Source: Candidatus Gottesmanbacteria bacterium
GTDB taxonomy: Bacteria; Patescibacteriota; Microgenomatia; UBA10105; UBA927
Length of the DNA: 35,878 nucleotides
Direction of reading: 5' to 3'
Assembly: GCA_026396845.1 (NCBI GenBank)
Contig: JAPLWC010000001.1
Coordinates: 11,932-47,809 of the forward strand
Positions 1-9,236 of the stretch are shown in pieces (the stretch's first letter is position 1; each line of letters starts with the position of its first letter). The position numbers and the translations under genes are program-made. Under the pieces are notes generated by a model that was not told the origin of the DNA, made no database searches, and saw only the letters and a program-made list of their open reading frames with translations.

Positions 1-734
1 ATCCGGAAGTGTTCATCATATTTACTTCCGGAAACAGGAACCGTTGTTTCATCTTTCAGTGCAATGTATTTGCCGGTAATGGATATCCGGTCAGGATCGA
101 CCCGATAGATATCGGTCGGATAACTTTTTACCGCTTCATCTGAACCGAACGTTGCATGAATTTCTATTTGATGGAGACGTCCGGGTTCCGGATGGGGGAC
201 GATCATGCCGCCGGTCCATGGGAGCTTTTCGTTGGCACGGAGCTTAATATTACCGTAGACAGGCCTCGGATCTATTGCACTCAGGAACGGATGAAGAATA
301 AGGGCGATATCCGCGTTTTTATCGGAATGATACCCGTGAGTAACAACGAACCGGTAGAATTTTTCTACTTCCCGAATGTATTGGTTTTTATTATAGACGC
401 CTGCAGTTCTGGGTCCGTTCGGATTATCAACACACGGAACATAAAATGCGCGCCCCACATATGCCCCCCGTGTGGGATTATGCAGCCGGATGGTATCATA
501 CGCCGCGCCGATAGCATCCTGAATATCAGGAGTGAGTTTTCCGTTGGAAAGATATTGAGCAAAAGCGTCATGACCGAGTACAAACATGGGGTCGGGCGCG
601 TGCAGTTTATATTCCAAGAGTTCCTTAAATCCGCGGATACGTGACGCCGGACTTTCATACTGTTCGATCGGTACAATAAACGAACCCGTTTGAGGCCTCG
701 GTTCATATTCAGAATTATGGCGGATGCCTGTCAT
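1..734 (-). CDS. Divergent PEP synthase/PPDK N-terminal ATP-grasp-like protein, partial (runs off window start); not in ORF track
   Basis: Hand translation from ATG 734 is open to the edge: MTGIRHNSEY...SRIRGFKELL...YVGRAFYVPCVDNPNGPR...ADIALILHPF...HATFGSDEAVKSYPTDIYRVD. Motifs align with the 8115-9236 protein. Confidence 0.8.
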   Translation of the reverse strand, partial: MTGIRHNSEYEPRPQTGSFIVPIEQYESPASRIRGFKELLEYKLHAPDPMFVLGHDAFAQYLSNGKLTPDIQDAIGAAYDTIRLHNPTRGAYVGRAFYVPCVDNPNGPRTAGVYNKNQYIREVEKFYRFVVTHGYHSDKNADIALILHPFLSAIDPRPVYGNIKLRANEKLPWTGGMIVPHPEPGRLHQIEIHATFGSDEAVKSYPTDIYRVDPDRISITGKYIALKDETTVPVSGSKYDEHFR

Positions 735-747
735 AAAATAGTGCTGT

Positions 748-756
748 ATTATAACA
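748..756 (-). promoter_or_regulatory. Extended -10 (TGtTATAAT) for the 1-734 gene
   Basis: Perfect TATAAT with TGn, 13 nt upstream of the ATG. Confidence 0.6.
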
Positions 757-776
757 CTTATATAGGATAAATCCAC

Positions 777-805
777 TTGCAATGCCCCAAACCCTATGAT
801 AGGAT
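777..805 (+). promoter_or_regulatory. Sigma70-like promoter for the HAD gene
   Basis: TTGCAA-N17-TAGGAT with TG extension. Confidence 0.45.
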
Positions 806-829
806 AGCCTCTGTTCTGCCTCGATTAAT

Positions 830-1930
830 ATGGCAATAGGATTTAAAAAAGAAGAAAGTGTCATTCTATTTTCACAAGACAATCTTCATCTTCGCGTCAA
901 TGCGGACGCCATCCTTGCATCTAACGAAGTACTTTCCCGCCTTATAGATCCACGATCACTGCCTATCGCTGGTTTACGGTCTGCAGTGTATGAGGCAGCA
1001 GAGAAGAAAAGTGAATTTTTTCCCGAAGAAATACTGAATCCGGAATATCAACCGGTCATTATAGTGGACTTAGACGATACATCATGGCCGCACGTGCATT
1101 ATTTATTACGCGCGGTATCACATGTAACGGGAATTGAAGCGACAGAAAATGACGTAAAAAAATACGGTCATACCCGTAATATTCCTCAATGGCAAACGGA
1201 TGAAATTGCCCGCATGCAGGATGCAATTCAGGCAAACCGTCATCCAGACGTGAACCCGTTCGTCAATCGCGCTGATCAGCATGCTGTGGAAACACTTCAT
1301 GCGGTGCATCGGATGGGACATCTGTATACATATTTGACCGGTCGGATGTCCGAGATGTATGACATTACGAAGCGGGTGATTCAATGGAACGGAATGCCGC
1401 ATGACGGCGACATGAAGAAAGTGGACGCTCGAAAACACATCGTTCCAAAACGAGGCTATCTCTATTGCAGCCCGTGTAATCCGAAGGAAGTGGACGCATA
1501 TAAACATGACGTTGTTACCACTTGGTTAAAAAATCTGCGTGCTGCAGGGTGGAAAGGACAGATGGTGATTATTGATGATACCCCCAAAGCTTTTGAGGAG
1601 GAGATATGTAGAGGTGATGTAATGGCGATTGCACTGGAAGGATTATTAAATTATCGCCATATACCGTTCACCAACGAAATGCGTGTGAATTCATGGCACG
1701 AGATCTCGGCATTTTTGAGCCACATACATGGTCAAGCGGTACAGTCGGACCCTAACAAAGACCGTGTATTTTCCTGTGGGCCAACACTACCGGGGATGTA
1801 CATGTCCGTCCGTAAGGATGTTTCAGGACCGGGATACTTTCGGTTTACATCTCTCCCAGCTGCCGAATATAAATTTTTTCCAAAGGACGGGGGGAGTCAT
1901 TCTTTGACAGATAATTGTACAGGGCTGTAG
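830..1930 (+). CDS. HAD-superfamily phosphatase, 5'(3')-nucleotidase-like
   Basis: Motif I IVDLDDT, motif II YLTGR, Lys in AYKHD, motif IV IIDD. Confidence 0.75.
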   Translation: MAIGFKKEESVILFSQDNLHLRVNADAILASNEVLSRLIDPRSLPIAGLRSAVYEAAEKKSEFFPEEILNPEYQPVIIVDLDDTSWPHVHYLLRAVSHVTGIEATENDVKKYGHTRNIPQWQTDEIARMQDAIQANRHPDVNPFVNRADQHAVETLHAVHRMGHLYTYLTGRMSEMYDITKRVIQWNGMPHDGDMKKVDARKHIVPKRGYLYCSPCNPKEVDAYKHDVVTTWLKNLRAAGWKGQMVIIDDTPKAFEEEICRGDVMAIALEGLLNYRHIPFTNEMRVNSWHEISAFLSHIHGQAVQSDPNKDRVFSCGPTLPGMYMSVRKDVSGPGYFRFTSLPAAEYKFFPKDGGSHSLTDNCTGL

Positions 1931-2466
1931 CTAAAGGGGACAATGATATCCGCGAATTTTTTCATCGGCTCGATATACTTCTGATGGTTTTTTTCAACGG
2001 TGACTGACCAGGAAAGCGTCTGGATATCTGATCTGCCCTTTTTCTCATCACGGATCATTCGCCGCGCCACACGCAGTTCGGTGGGGACGTCGATGTAAAT
2101 TTTCAGATCCGCAAGTTCGCGAAGCGGGGAATAGAACGCAAATATGCCCTCAACGACGAGAAATTTTGCTTCCCTAGGCATGTGAATTTGCTGCGTTCCT
2201 GTCCGCTCGCTTATTTTCATGTCATATTTCGGTATAGTAACGGTTTTTCCCGAAACGAGGTCACGTACTGCACGCGCACAATCCGCGATGTCGACAGCTT
2301 CCGGCGCGTCAAAATCATAGGAGCCGTCGCTTTTTTGTTTCATCTGAGATTTACCGAAATAGAAATAATCCATTTCAAGGATAAACGCGTTCCGGAATAA
2401 GTGTGCAAATGCGGATTTACCCGAGCACGACCCGCCGGAAATGAGAATGATGGAAGGATGTTTCAT
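1897..2466 (-). CDS. udk: Uridine kinase family protein
   Basis: P-loop ISGGSCSGKS, MDYFY, DFDAPEAVD, VVEGIF, DLKIYIDV...RVARRMIRD. Confidence 0.85.
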   Translation of the reverse strand: MKHPSIILISGGSCSGKSAFAHLFRNAFILEMDYFYFGKSQMKQKSDGSYDFDAPEAVDIADCARAVRDLVSGKTVTIPKYDMKISERTGTQQIHMPREAKFLVVEGIFAFYSPLRELADLKIYIDVPTELRVARRMIRDEKKGRSDIQTLSWSVTVEKNHQKYIEPMKKFADIIVPFSYSPVQLSVKE

Positions 2467-2496
2467 AGTATAAATTGTATCATGCGCTGTCGAATG

Positions 2497-3339
2497 TCAT
2501 CGACCTGTAAGAATTAATCCGATAACGACCATTGCGATGCCTGTCAATTGTCTGCGGTTGAGACGTTCACGCAGGAAAAGAAGGGCAAGCAGGACGGTGA
2601 TGACGGGGTTTGCGTTGGTTGCAATGGCGACGGTGCTGTTTTCTGCGGACCGCATGCCGACGGAATAAAAGTAAAACGCGAGCGCGGACGGCACCGCACA
2701 ACCCGCAAGGTACCAGAGGGTTTTCCGGGTCGGTTTCCATGTAACCGGTGAGTTTTTCCAGCGGGCGTATACCATTTCAAAAAGAACGCTTATACATAAA
2801 AATAGAACATTAAACAGTGCCCACGAGGACCCTGCGAGCGTACGGCCGAAAAAATAAAATGCTCCGATCCATGTTGCAAGAGCGACTAATGCATACGGTA
2901 TACCGGGATCCGAAAAACTGATATTTTTATCTATACGTTTAACCGATGCGGCTAATACGCCGGCTGTCACCAAAAGCATACCGATTAATTTTGCGGGGGA
3001 AAACGGCGACTGGTTTGTCGCAACGGCAATAATAGCGATACCCATGGGCCATGAAGCGGCGATGGGGGAAAGAAGGGAAATTTTACCGACCTCAAGGCCT
3101 TTATAAAAAGATAATCCCGCAATGGACAGAAGCCCGCCTGCGATAATAAGTAACCCGAGCGTATTACTTTGGGGGGTTTTCACAGGAAGATTGCCGGTCA
3201 CCATAATGAAGATAAGACAAGCAATAGTGCCTACCGTCCCGGTGATCAGCGCGGGGAGAAATCCGATGAATTTGGAGAGACGCCCGGAAAAAAAGTTACT
3301 GATGCCCCAGCCGAACATGGCGATAAGACCGTAGATCAT
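2497..3339 (-). CDS. EamA/DMT family transporter
   Basis: About 10 hydrophobic segments in two repeats; NPVITVLLALLFLRERL terminal motif. Confidence 0.9.
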   Translation of the reverse strand: MIYGLIAMFGWGISNFFSGRLSKFIGFLPALITGTVGTIACLIFIMVTGNLPVKTPQSNTLGLLIIAGGLLSIAGLSFYKGLEVGKISLLSPIAASWPMGIAIIAVATNQSPFSPAKLIGMLLVTAGVLAASVKRIDKNISFSDPGIPYALVALATWIGAFYFFGRTLAGSSWALFNVLFLCISVLFEMVYARWKNSPVTWKPTRKTLWYLAGCAVPSALAFYFYSVGMRSAENSTVAIATNANPVITVLLALLFLRERLNRRQLTGIAMVVIGLILTGR

Positions 3340-3848
3340 ACGTCAGCCGTCATCACGCGTGCAAGTTTTACTATGTTTAAGTTTCCATAATTACTTTCTA
3401 CGTCGCGCATGAGTCTTGCCGTGTATTCTCTATATTTTATTTTCAATTCGTCCGACATCCACGTTGCATCCAACAGATTAGAGACCTTATCGTAGAGTTT
3501 AAAGAGACGGATTTCTTTTGGTTTGTCCCATATTTCTTCCATTTCCTGCGTAATTCCTTCCGAAAACGTCATATCCCGAATGTACTTTATTATCAGAGGT
3601 TTTAAAGTTGACGGAAGCTTTACATTAGTGTCTTCGAGGACGTCGTGATACAAGAGCGTAAGTACGCCATTTACGCGAATATTTTTAGGAAGAGCCGTTT
3701 CTGTGAGAATGGTCATTGCGCACCAAACCGGATGGATACTGTAGGGAGTTTTTTTGTCCCATAATCGTACGGATTTATCGGGAGATTTTGAATGAAATTG
3801 ATGAGCGGTAATAATGAAGTCAATATGCGGTTGTAACGTTATGGACAT
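3336..3848 (-). CDS. HD-domain hydrolase, Mesh1/small alarmone hydrolase-like
   Basis: PYSIHP, LYHDVLEDT and KLYDKVSNL match RelA/SpoT hydrolase motifs. Confidence 0.8.
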   Translation of the reverse strand: MSITLQPHIDFIITAHQFHSKSPDKSVRLWDKKTPYSIHPVWCAMTILTETALPKNIRVNGVLTLLYHDVLEDTNVKLPSTLKPLIIKYIRDMTFSEGITQEMEEIWDKPKEIRLFKLYDKVSNLLDATWMSDELKIKYREYTARLMRDVESNYGNLNIVKLARVMTADV

Positions 3849-3852
3849 AATG

Positions 3853-4959
3853 TTATTTTAACAGCTCTAACCCCCGCGCGGTGTATGTGTTGAGCATACT
3901 AAAATCAAACGGGATGCCGAGTTTTGTATCCTGAAGCGTACCGACGGCTGTTGCCACAAGAAGCCGACGCTGTTGGGAGGAAATATTTGGGGTAAATACC
4001 GCTTCTGCAAATGCCTGAAATGCGTACGGAAGTCCCATGAAATAGTAGATATTTGTATCGCCGGTGATTGCCCGATAGGTGTTCATGGCGTTTTGAGCAA
4101 CGCTGGTGAAGGCGTCGTTCATATGTCCGAACCGGAGAAGATCCTGCATGAGGTATTCTCCGACCATCCACCCCGCGTCTATGCCGGGTTCACCCCAATT
4201 GAGCCGGCCGTCGGTTACGATGATAGTGTCGTTTTGGTCAAAATATAAATTATTTACCCAATAATCTCCGTGAATTTGCCGCAGGCGCTCCGGATGTGTG
4301 CCAATAGCCTGGCGCGCCCGCTCCATATCCGCTAATAGCCGGACAAAATCTTCGTGACCCATCCAGTCAATTCGTTTAAAATCCATCATATCCAAGTCGC
4401 CGACACCAGCCGTGAGCTCGTCATTATGGATCACGGCGCGTGTGGAACGTTTGTACAAAGATTTGGCGGCTTCCGTCGGTCCCCAATATTGTGTCTTATG
4501 GATCTCAGCCATCGTCTCTCCCATAATTTGGGTTTTGGGTTCAATTGAGGAGGCTAACGCACATGCTTCTTCGTGGGTTGATGTGGGCTTACGGAGATTT
4601 TCACAAAAATTTTTTGCCCCACTCGGTAAAAATTCCGAAAGAATCAAGACCTCTTTTAATTTAGGAATATTTGTCACCGTGTTGTCTTCCGTTATGCCTA
4701 AAATACCATGAGTTTTCAAAGAAAAGGGAAGTTCATGAACGGTTTCAAGCACCGCCTTAATTCTGTCCCCGGGAAGGTCATGGCCGAATTCGAGAGGATG
4801 CATTTGTCGTAAGAAGAGGTGGGTTCCGTTTTCTAAACGGATGTCAAGCCCGGTGGCGTGGAATCCCTCTCCAACCTGATGTATAGCCTCTACAGGCATG
4901 CCGAGATGCTCAAGATATAGTGCAACCGCTCCATGAATGTTATTTTCAGGTTTTGTCAT
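3853..4959 (-). CDS. APH/choline kinase-like phosphotransferase
   Basis: Brenner motif IHGDYWVNN, metal-binding VTD, GEPGIDAG. Confidence 0.75.
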   Translation of the reverse strand: MTKPENNIHGAVALYLEHLGMPVEAIHQVGEGFHATGLDIRLENGTHLFLRQMHPLEFGHDLPGDRIKAVLETVHELPFSLKTHGILGITEDNTVTNIPKLKEVLILSEFLPSGAKNFCENLRKPTSTHEEACALASSIEPKTQIMGETMAEIHKTQYWGPTEAAKSLYKRSTRAVIHNDELTAGVGDLDMMDFKRIDWMGHEDFVRLLADMERARQAIGTHPERLRQIHGDYWVNNLYFDQNDTIIVTDGRLNWGEPGIDAGWMVGEYLMQDLLRFGHMNDAFTSVAQNAMNTYRAITGDTNIYYFMGLPYAFQAFAEAVFTPNISSQQRRLLVATAVGTLQDTKLGIPFDFSMLNTYTARGLELLK

Positions 4960-5116
4960 ACGTCATGGACAGTTATGGGCTATTGTAGCAAGCAAAAGGG
5001 AAAAAGCAAATAGACAAAAGCCAAGTTGATTGAAGGTGTATAATAGAGCTATTCGGAATAGCCCGATGTATCGGTCTGTACAACGGGATTTTTGTGTTTT
5101 ATATCCTATTCCAACC

Positions 5117-5821
5117 ATGAATATGTCAAGAATACAGGAGCAATTGTCACGTATGCCGGAATCGGTACAACGTATGTATTATTTGGACCATCCAACGCTG
5201 TTGTCGCCATATGAGACTCCCTGGACAGAGTTGGCGCGGCGGGGGTACGTCGGGGGAGGGATCGTGTTGTTCGTGATAAACCCGAAGGGGGAACTATTGA
5301 TGAATCAGGTGCCTCCGTATCGGGAAAAACCTGTGATTGGCCGGTATGCCGGGCAGTGGAATGTATTCACGGAAACCATAGAACGCTATCCGGGGGGACA
5401 GCATGCAGGTCAGTTTGAGGATTTTATCGATAATTTAGCCCGTACCATAGACGAAGAAATCGGAGCGGCTGCGGCCCGTCAAATAAAAATATTTCCGGAT
5501 GGCATGCGGGAAACTGACTATCGCGACCCGCGCGCTCATCAAAAGATTCGCGTTCATTGTGTCGTGGTTGGTAGCCCGACGGAAGCAATCCGTGATATTG
5601 ATGCCCATGATGCTCAGGCAAATATCCCCCGCGAACTCAATATACTTGCATGGAAACGGTTGGATAATCTCAATAAACTGCATGTTGAACCAAATGCGAA
5701 GCGCATGACGGATCGCATGAAACGCAGCGGATATTTACAGATGATGATTGACCGTATTGTCTCCGGAGAACCGGGCACTCCTTTGCTCCGGTACATTAGT
5801 GAGCACGTACACACGTTCTGA
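5117..5821 (+). CDS. Nudix-fold protein with a degenerate Nudix box
   Basis: GIVLFVINPKGELL strand, GQWNVF, E-x7-RTIDEEIG; start moved to ATG 5117, downstream of TATAAT at 5039. Confidence 0.6.
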   Translation: MNMSRIQEQLSRMPESVQRMYYLDHPTLLSPYETPWTELARRGYVGGGIVLFVINPKGELLMNQVPPYREKPVIGRYAGQWNVFTETIERYPGGQHAGQFEDFIDNLARTIDEEIGAAAARQIKIFPDGMRETDYRDPRAHQKIRVHCVVVGSPTEAIRDIDAHDAQANIPRELNILAWKRLDNLNKLHVEPNAKRMTDRMKRSGYLQMMIDRIVSGEPGTPLLRYISEHVHTF

Positions 5822-5829
5822 GTACGTAT

Positions 5830-7206
5830 ATGGGAAAACAATTACTCCAACCAGTTATTTCGGCCGAAAAGTATTCTCAGGCATATATGTATGCGATCTG
5901 CGGGGCGTCAGAAGAAAAAAATGTATTACTTGTTGACGCATTGCGGCGGAAAGAATTACCTACATGTGGAGGGAAAACCACAATTTTGGAGGTTGGTCCC
6001 GGGAGCGGAGAAAGTTTACGTTTGTTGCACTCAATGATTCCTGAATTGTCACTTAGCGATCCGGTTCAGTTGGTTTCGGTTGATCTCCACGCTTCAGGTT
6101 CCCGGATAAACACGTTGAGGAAAATATCGGTAGTTGTAGAGGGTGATGTGCAGGCATTGCCGTTTGAACCGGAAGTTTTTTCCGCGGTCAATATATCAGC
6201 TGTTTTGCATGAGGTATATTCATACGGAAGAGGGTTGGGAGGTATTCATCAAGCACTGCGTGAAATGTCCAGAGTCCTTCTGCCGGGCGGAATTTGTTGT
6301 TATCGGGACCCGTATGCGCCAAATGTTAATTTTATGGCACAGGCATCCCAACTCTATAAAGGTCCGGCGTGGATCAGTTTTTTGAAACATTTTGTACCGG
6401 ATTTTCTTCAGCATGGTGTCACGCCATATGCAACCAAGTCGCGGAAAATTCGATTCTATCAATCTCTCGACGGAACGGAGCATCTGCAACCCTTAAACGA
6501 TGTAGACGTGCATTTGCCGGTTCGCATGGAAGCACCGGTAGGTCTGCAGCGTGAAATACAACGTCACTATTTGACGTTGCGGGAATATCTTATCAGGAGC
6601 GGATCTTTGGGCTTCCGTATGGTGAAACCGGGATGGAAAGGAACGTTGTATGCCAATCGGCCAACCGGCGTACAAACGCTGGATGACAAAGGGTTAGCGC
6701 ATGAACTTATTCAGGCGATAGCTTCGGGTCGCGCGAGCGGTTACACATTTAAGATTCACGGCAGCTTATTGTTTGATCAGGCAGTTGACTTTATGATGTG
6801 TGACTTCTTTGACCGTCTGGATCAGGCGGACCCTTTGGCAACGCGGCATTATGCGGCCTGGCAGGCTCGCGAGGGGAGAGAATGTTATACCTATTTAAGC
6901 CTGTCGGATTTACTTGTGACGACGGTGAAAGAATCTCTCAGACAATCAAAAGGGGAATATGTGCTGTTGCCGTCTTCCGTCAGAGATATACGCGTCGTGC
7001 CCAGATATTCGTATCAGATATACCTGTCCACCGTGTTGGGCGTACCGTTTTTTGAAGGGAAACAAATGGTGAGATTTACGAAATACAAACGGTCGCAAAC
7101 TCGACCCGTTCTTCAACGGCTTCTTCCTGATCTTAGGACTTTGCCGTTGTTAGGGCAACAGGGTCAACATGCGGCGGCTTCAATCAATAGACTGCTTAAG
7201 GGTTAG
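5830..7206 (+). CDS. Class I SAM-dependent methyltransferase with a long C-terminal region of unknown function
   Basis: ILEVGPGSG, VSVD, EGDVQALPF, SAVLHE, RVLLPGG. Confidence 0.8.
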   Translation: MGKQLLQPVISAEKYSQAYMYAICGASEEKNVLLVDALRRKELPTCGGKTTILEVGPGSGESLRLLHSMIPELSLSDPVQLVSVDLHASGSRINTLRKISVVVEGDVQALPFEPEVFSAVNISAVLHEVYSYGRGLGGIHQALREMSRVLLPGGICCYRDPYAPNVNFMAQASQLYKGPAWISFLKHFVPDFLQHGVTPYATKSRKIRFYQSLDGTEHLQPLNDVDVHLPVRMEAPVGLQREIQRHYLTLREYLIRSGSLGFRMVKPGWKGTLYANRPTGVQTLDDKGLAHELIQAIASGRASGYTFKIHGSLLFDQAVDFMMCDFFDRLDQADPLATRHYAAWQAREGRECYTYLSLSDLLVTTVKESLRQSKGEYVLLPSSVRDIRVVPRYSYQIYLSTVLGVPFFEGKQMVRFTKYKRSQTRPVLQRLLPDLRTLPLLGQQGQHAAASINRLLKG

Positions 7207-7217
7207 TCGGATTACTC

Positions 7218-7823
7218 TCAGGAGAGTAATTGCTGAATTTGCCGTATGTATACCTCTACAGAGGCAGAGTTTTCCAATTTTCTGGATTGAATAGACAGAA
7301 TGGGAGCGGGAAATTTAGCTGTATTGACCCAATCTTCGTGGAGGACAAGCATTTTCTCCACATATGCGGCGTTCTCGTCGTCGATGGGTAAGTTTCTCTT
7401 ACGCAGCCGGTCCATAAGGAAATCCAGGGTGTCGTGAAGGTAGATGACGAGAGTCGGAGGTGGTAAATGCTTGGTAAGTCTATCTGCAAGTCTCTTGTAG
7501 AGAACAAACGAGTCAGCGTCGAGGGTAACTTTTGAATGAAGCAGGTTGGTCGGAGTAAAAGTATCCATGATGGCAATTTTTCCATTTTGCGCCAGATGTG
7601 TGGCTTGCTCCCACCTGGTAACGGTTTGCAGGAGAAACCAGACCTGATTTTGAAAAACCCGCCCGGCTGATTTATGTGCGTCATGAATAAACGGATTGTT
7701 GTCAACTGATTCGAGCAATACTTCAGCGTGAAGAGGAACGCGCAATAATTCAGCGAGTGTGGATTTTCCGCTTCCTAGGTTTCCTATAATTCCGATAATC
7801 GATCCTTTACGTTCCGGATTCAT
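7218..7823 (-). CDS. Deoxynucleoside kinase family protein
   Basis: IIGNLGSGKSTL, LESVDNNPFI, NQVWFL, PTLVIYL, RLRKRN lid. Confidence 0.8.
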   Translation of the reverse strand: MNPERKGSIIGIIGNLGSGKSTLAELLRVPLHAEVLLESVDNNPFIHDAHKSAGRVFQNQVWFLLQTVTRWEQATHLAQNGKIAIMDTFTPTNLLHSKVTLDADSFVLYKRLADRLTKHLPPPTLVIYLHDTLDFLMDRLRKRNLPIDDENAAYVEKMLVLHEDWVNTAKFPAPILSIQSRKLENSASVEVYIRQIQQLLS

Positions 7824-8029
7824 GCCGGTTGTTCACCGCGAAGAGCTATCATATCCTCGGCTGTTACGCCCTGCGGTAACTGTTTTGCCAGCCTGGGTTC
7901 AATTTTTGGAGGAGGGCCCGCAGGTTTAGTGGGGAATTGTTCTGTTACTTCATGACGTAAATCGAGATATGCTCGTACATTGACCCCTTCGGGTATCTGC
8001 TGTACTTTTCTTTCATTATTTCCTGCCAT
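7820..8029 (-). CDS. Small hypothetical protein with an internal repeat
   Basis: AGGAG SD and TGaTATAGT upstream; ATGA overlap with dNK; QIPEGVNVRAYLDLRHE resembles QLPQGVTAEDMIALRGE. Confidence 0.65.
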   Translation of the reverse strand: MAGNNERKVQQIPEGVNVRAYLDLRHEVTEQFPTKPAGPPPKIEPRLAKQLPQGVTAEDMIALRGEQPA

Positions 8030-8072
8030 AGTTTCTCCTAAAGTGGACAAACTATATCACATTTGCCCTTCA

Positions 8073-8101
8073 TTGACAAATCCGAGACTGTCCCGTAAGA
8101 T
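8073..8101 (+). promoter_or_regulatory. Sigma70 promoter
   Basis: TTGACA-N17-TAAGAT, 13 nt before ATG 8115. Confidence 0.65.
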
Positions 8102-8114
8102 TACTCCATTAGCT

Positions 8115-9236
8115 ATGGCAGATACAATGGAATATGTTGAGGATCTAGCTAGTTCCCAGATTAAGTCTTCACGCATCGTAGGCTTGAGGAAACTTCATTC
8201 AGCCGGTTTAAGAACTCCATTTGTTAAAATTATTAATCATGAGGCCTTCTTGGTTTACAAGAAGGAAGGTATGACCAAACCGCTTCAAAAAGAACTCGAA
8301 GCGGCTTTTATTGAAATTAAAAATAATGACGCCAAAAGAAATATTTATGTAGGCCGCGCTTACTTCATACCGAATTTTCACAATCCGCCCGGTCCGCGCT
8401 TTGTGATTGGAGACCCCCAGAGCTTAATTAAAAGAGTCGCTGACCACTTTGATTTTGCCATCCAAAACAAGTATGACCGCGTCAAGGAAGCCCAGATTGG
8501 GGTTATCCTTCACCCCTGGATTAATCCGCGAATTCCCTTGGGAGGAGGTTGCGTTACTCTGGCGGAGGAGAAAAAGAAAACCATGGTCGTGGAGGCCATT
8601 TTCGGTTTGGATGAGGGAGTTCAAAGTAATCCTCACGACTTTTATCTTCTCGATTTTGCCGAGGGAAAAATTATCGATAAGATTATTGCCGAAAAAAAAG
8701 AATGTTTGGAAGTTGATGCGAATTTGCGAGTGACATCTACGCCTGTGCTAAATAAATTTTCGTTTCAGCCGGTCTTAGACGAGAAGACTATTTTAACCAT
8801 CGCTCGGGATTTTAAACGCTTTATTGGAAAATTTGGACCTCACCGCTTAGAATTTGCTCTTCAGAGAGAAGGCGTTTATTACCGTGAATGTTTACCCTTT
8901 GTTTTTCATAAAGAAAAAGTGCCTCAAGTCGATGAAAAAGGTCCGGTTTTTAAACTTAATACCCAAACTGATTTGCCCAGGATAGGCAGAAAACAGCGGA
9001 TTATTTTTGTGGATCCCATGGTCATTAAAAAACGAAAAATGAATCTGTTGACCTTTCTAGCTACGACTACTCAGGACAAAAAGATCATCCTCTATCCTGG
9101 GGCAGCGACTACCGGTCATGCAGCCACCATCTTCCGCGAAGCCGGTCCTGGCAGAAATTTGTCAGGAGTTAAGAAGAAAAATAAAGAAAGGCATCATGCC
9201 GTCGTTGCTGGAGAAGGAAATCGAAAAAGAGATTGA
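8115..9236 (+). CDS. Divergent PEP synthase/PPDK-like ATP-grasp plus a truncated phospho-His swivel domain; C-terminus apparently out of frame
   Basis: VEAIFGLDEG (cf. GLGE), RLEFA (cf. DIEW), TTGHAATIFREAG (cf. TSHAAIxxRE), then a non-homologous tail. Confidence 0.7.
   Translation: MADTMEYVEDLASSQIKSSRIVGLRKLHSAGLRTPFVKIINHEAFLVYKKEGMTKPLQKELEAAFIEIKNNDAKRNIYVGRAYFIPNFHNPPGPRFVIGDPQSLIKRVADHFDFAIQNKYDRVKEAQIGVILHPWINPRIPLGGGCVTLAEEKKKTMVVEAIFGLDEGVQSNPHDFYLLDFAEGKIIDKIIAEKKECLEVDANLRVTSTPVLNKFSFQPVLDEKTILTIARDFKRFIGKFGPHRLEFALQREGVYYRECLPFVFHKEKVPQVDEKGPVFKLNTQTDLPRIGRKQRIIFVDPMVIKKRKMNLLTFLATTTQDKKIILYPGAATTGHAATIFREAGPGRNLSGVKKKNKERHHAVVAGEGNRKRD

Noticed and set aside
156..706. ORF-track entries 156-644 (+) and 365-706 (-)
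   Set aside because: Shadows of the minus-strand gene starting at 734, which has a paralog in the window and its own promoter
9140..9236. Programmed frameshift joining the two PEP-utiliser ORFs
   Set aside because: A-runs exist, but both domains are incomplete at the junction, so deletion or misassembly fits better
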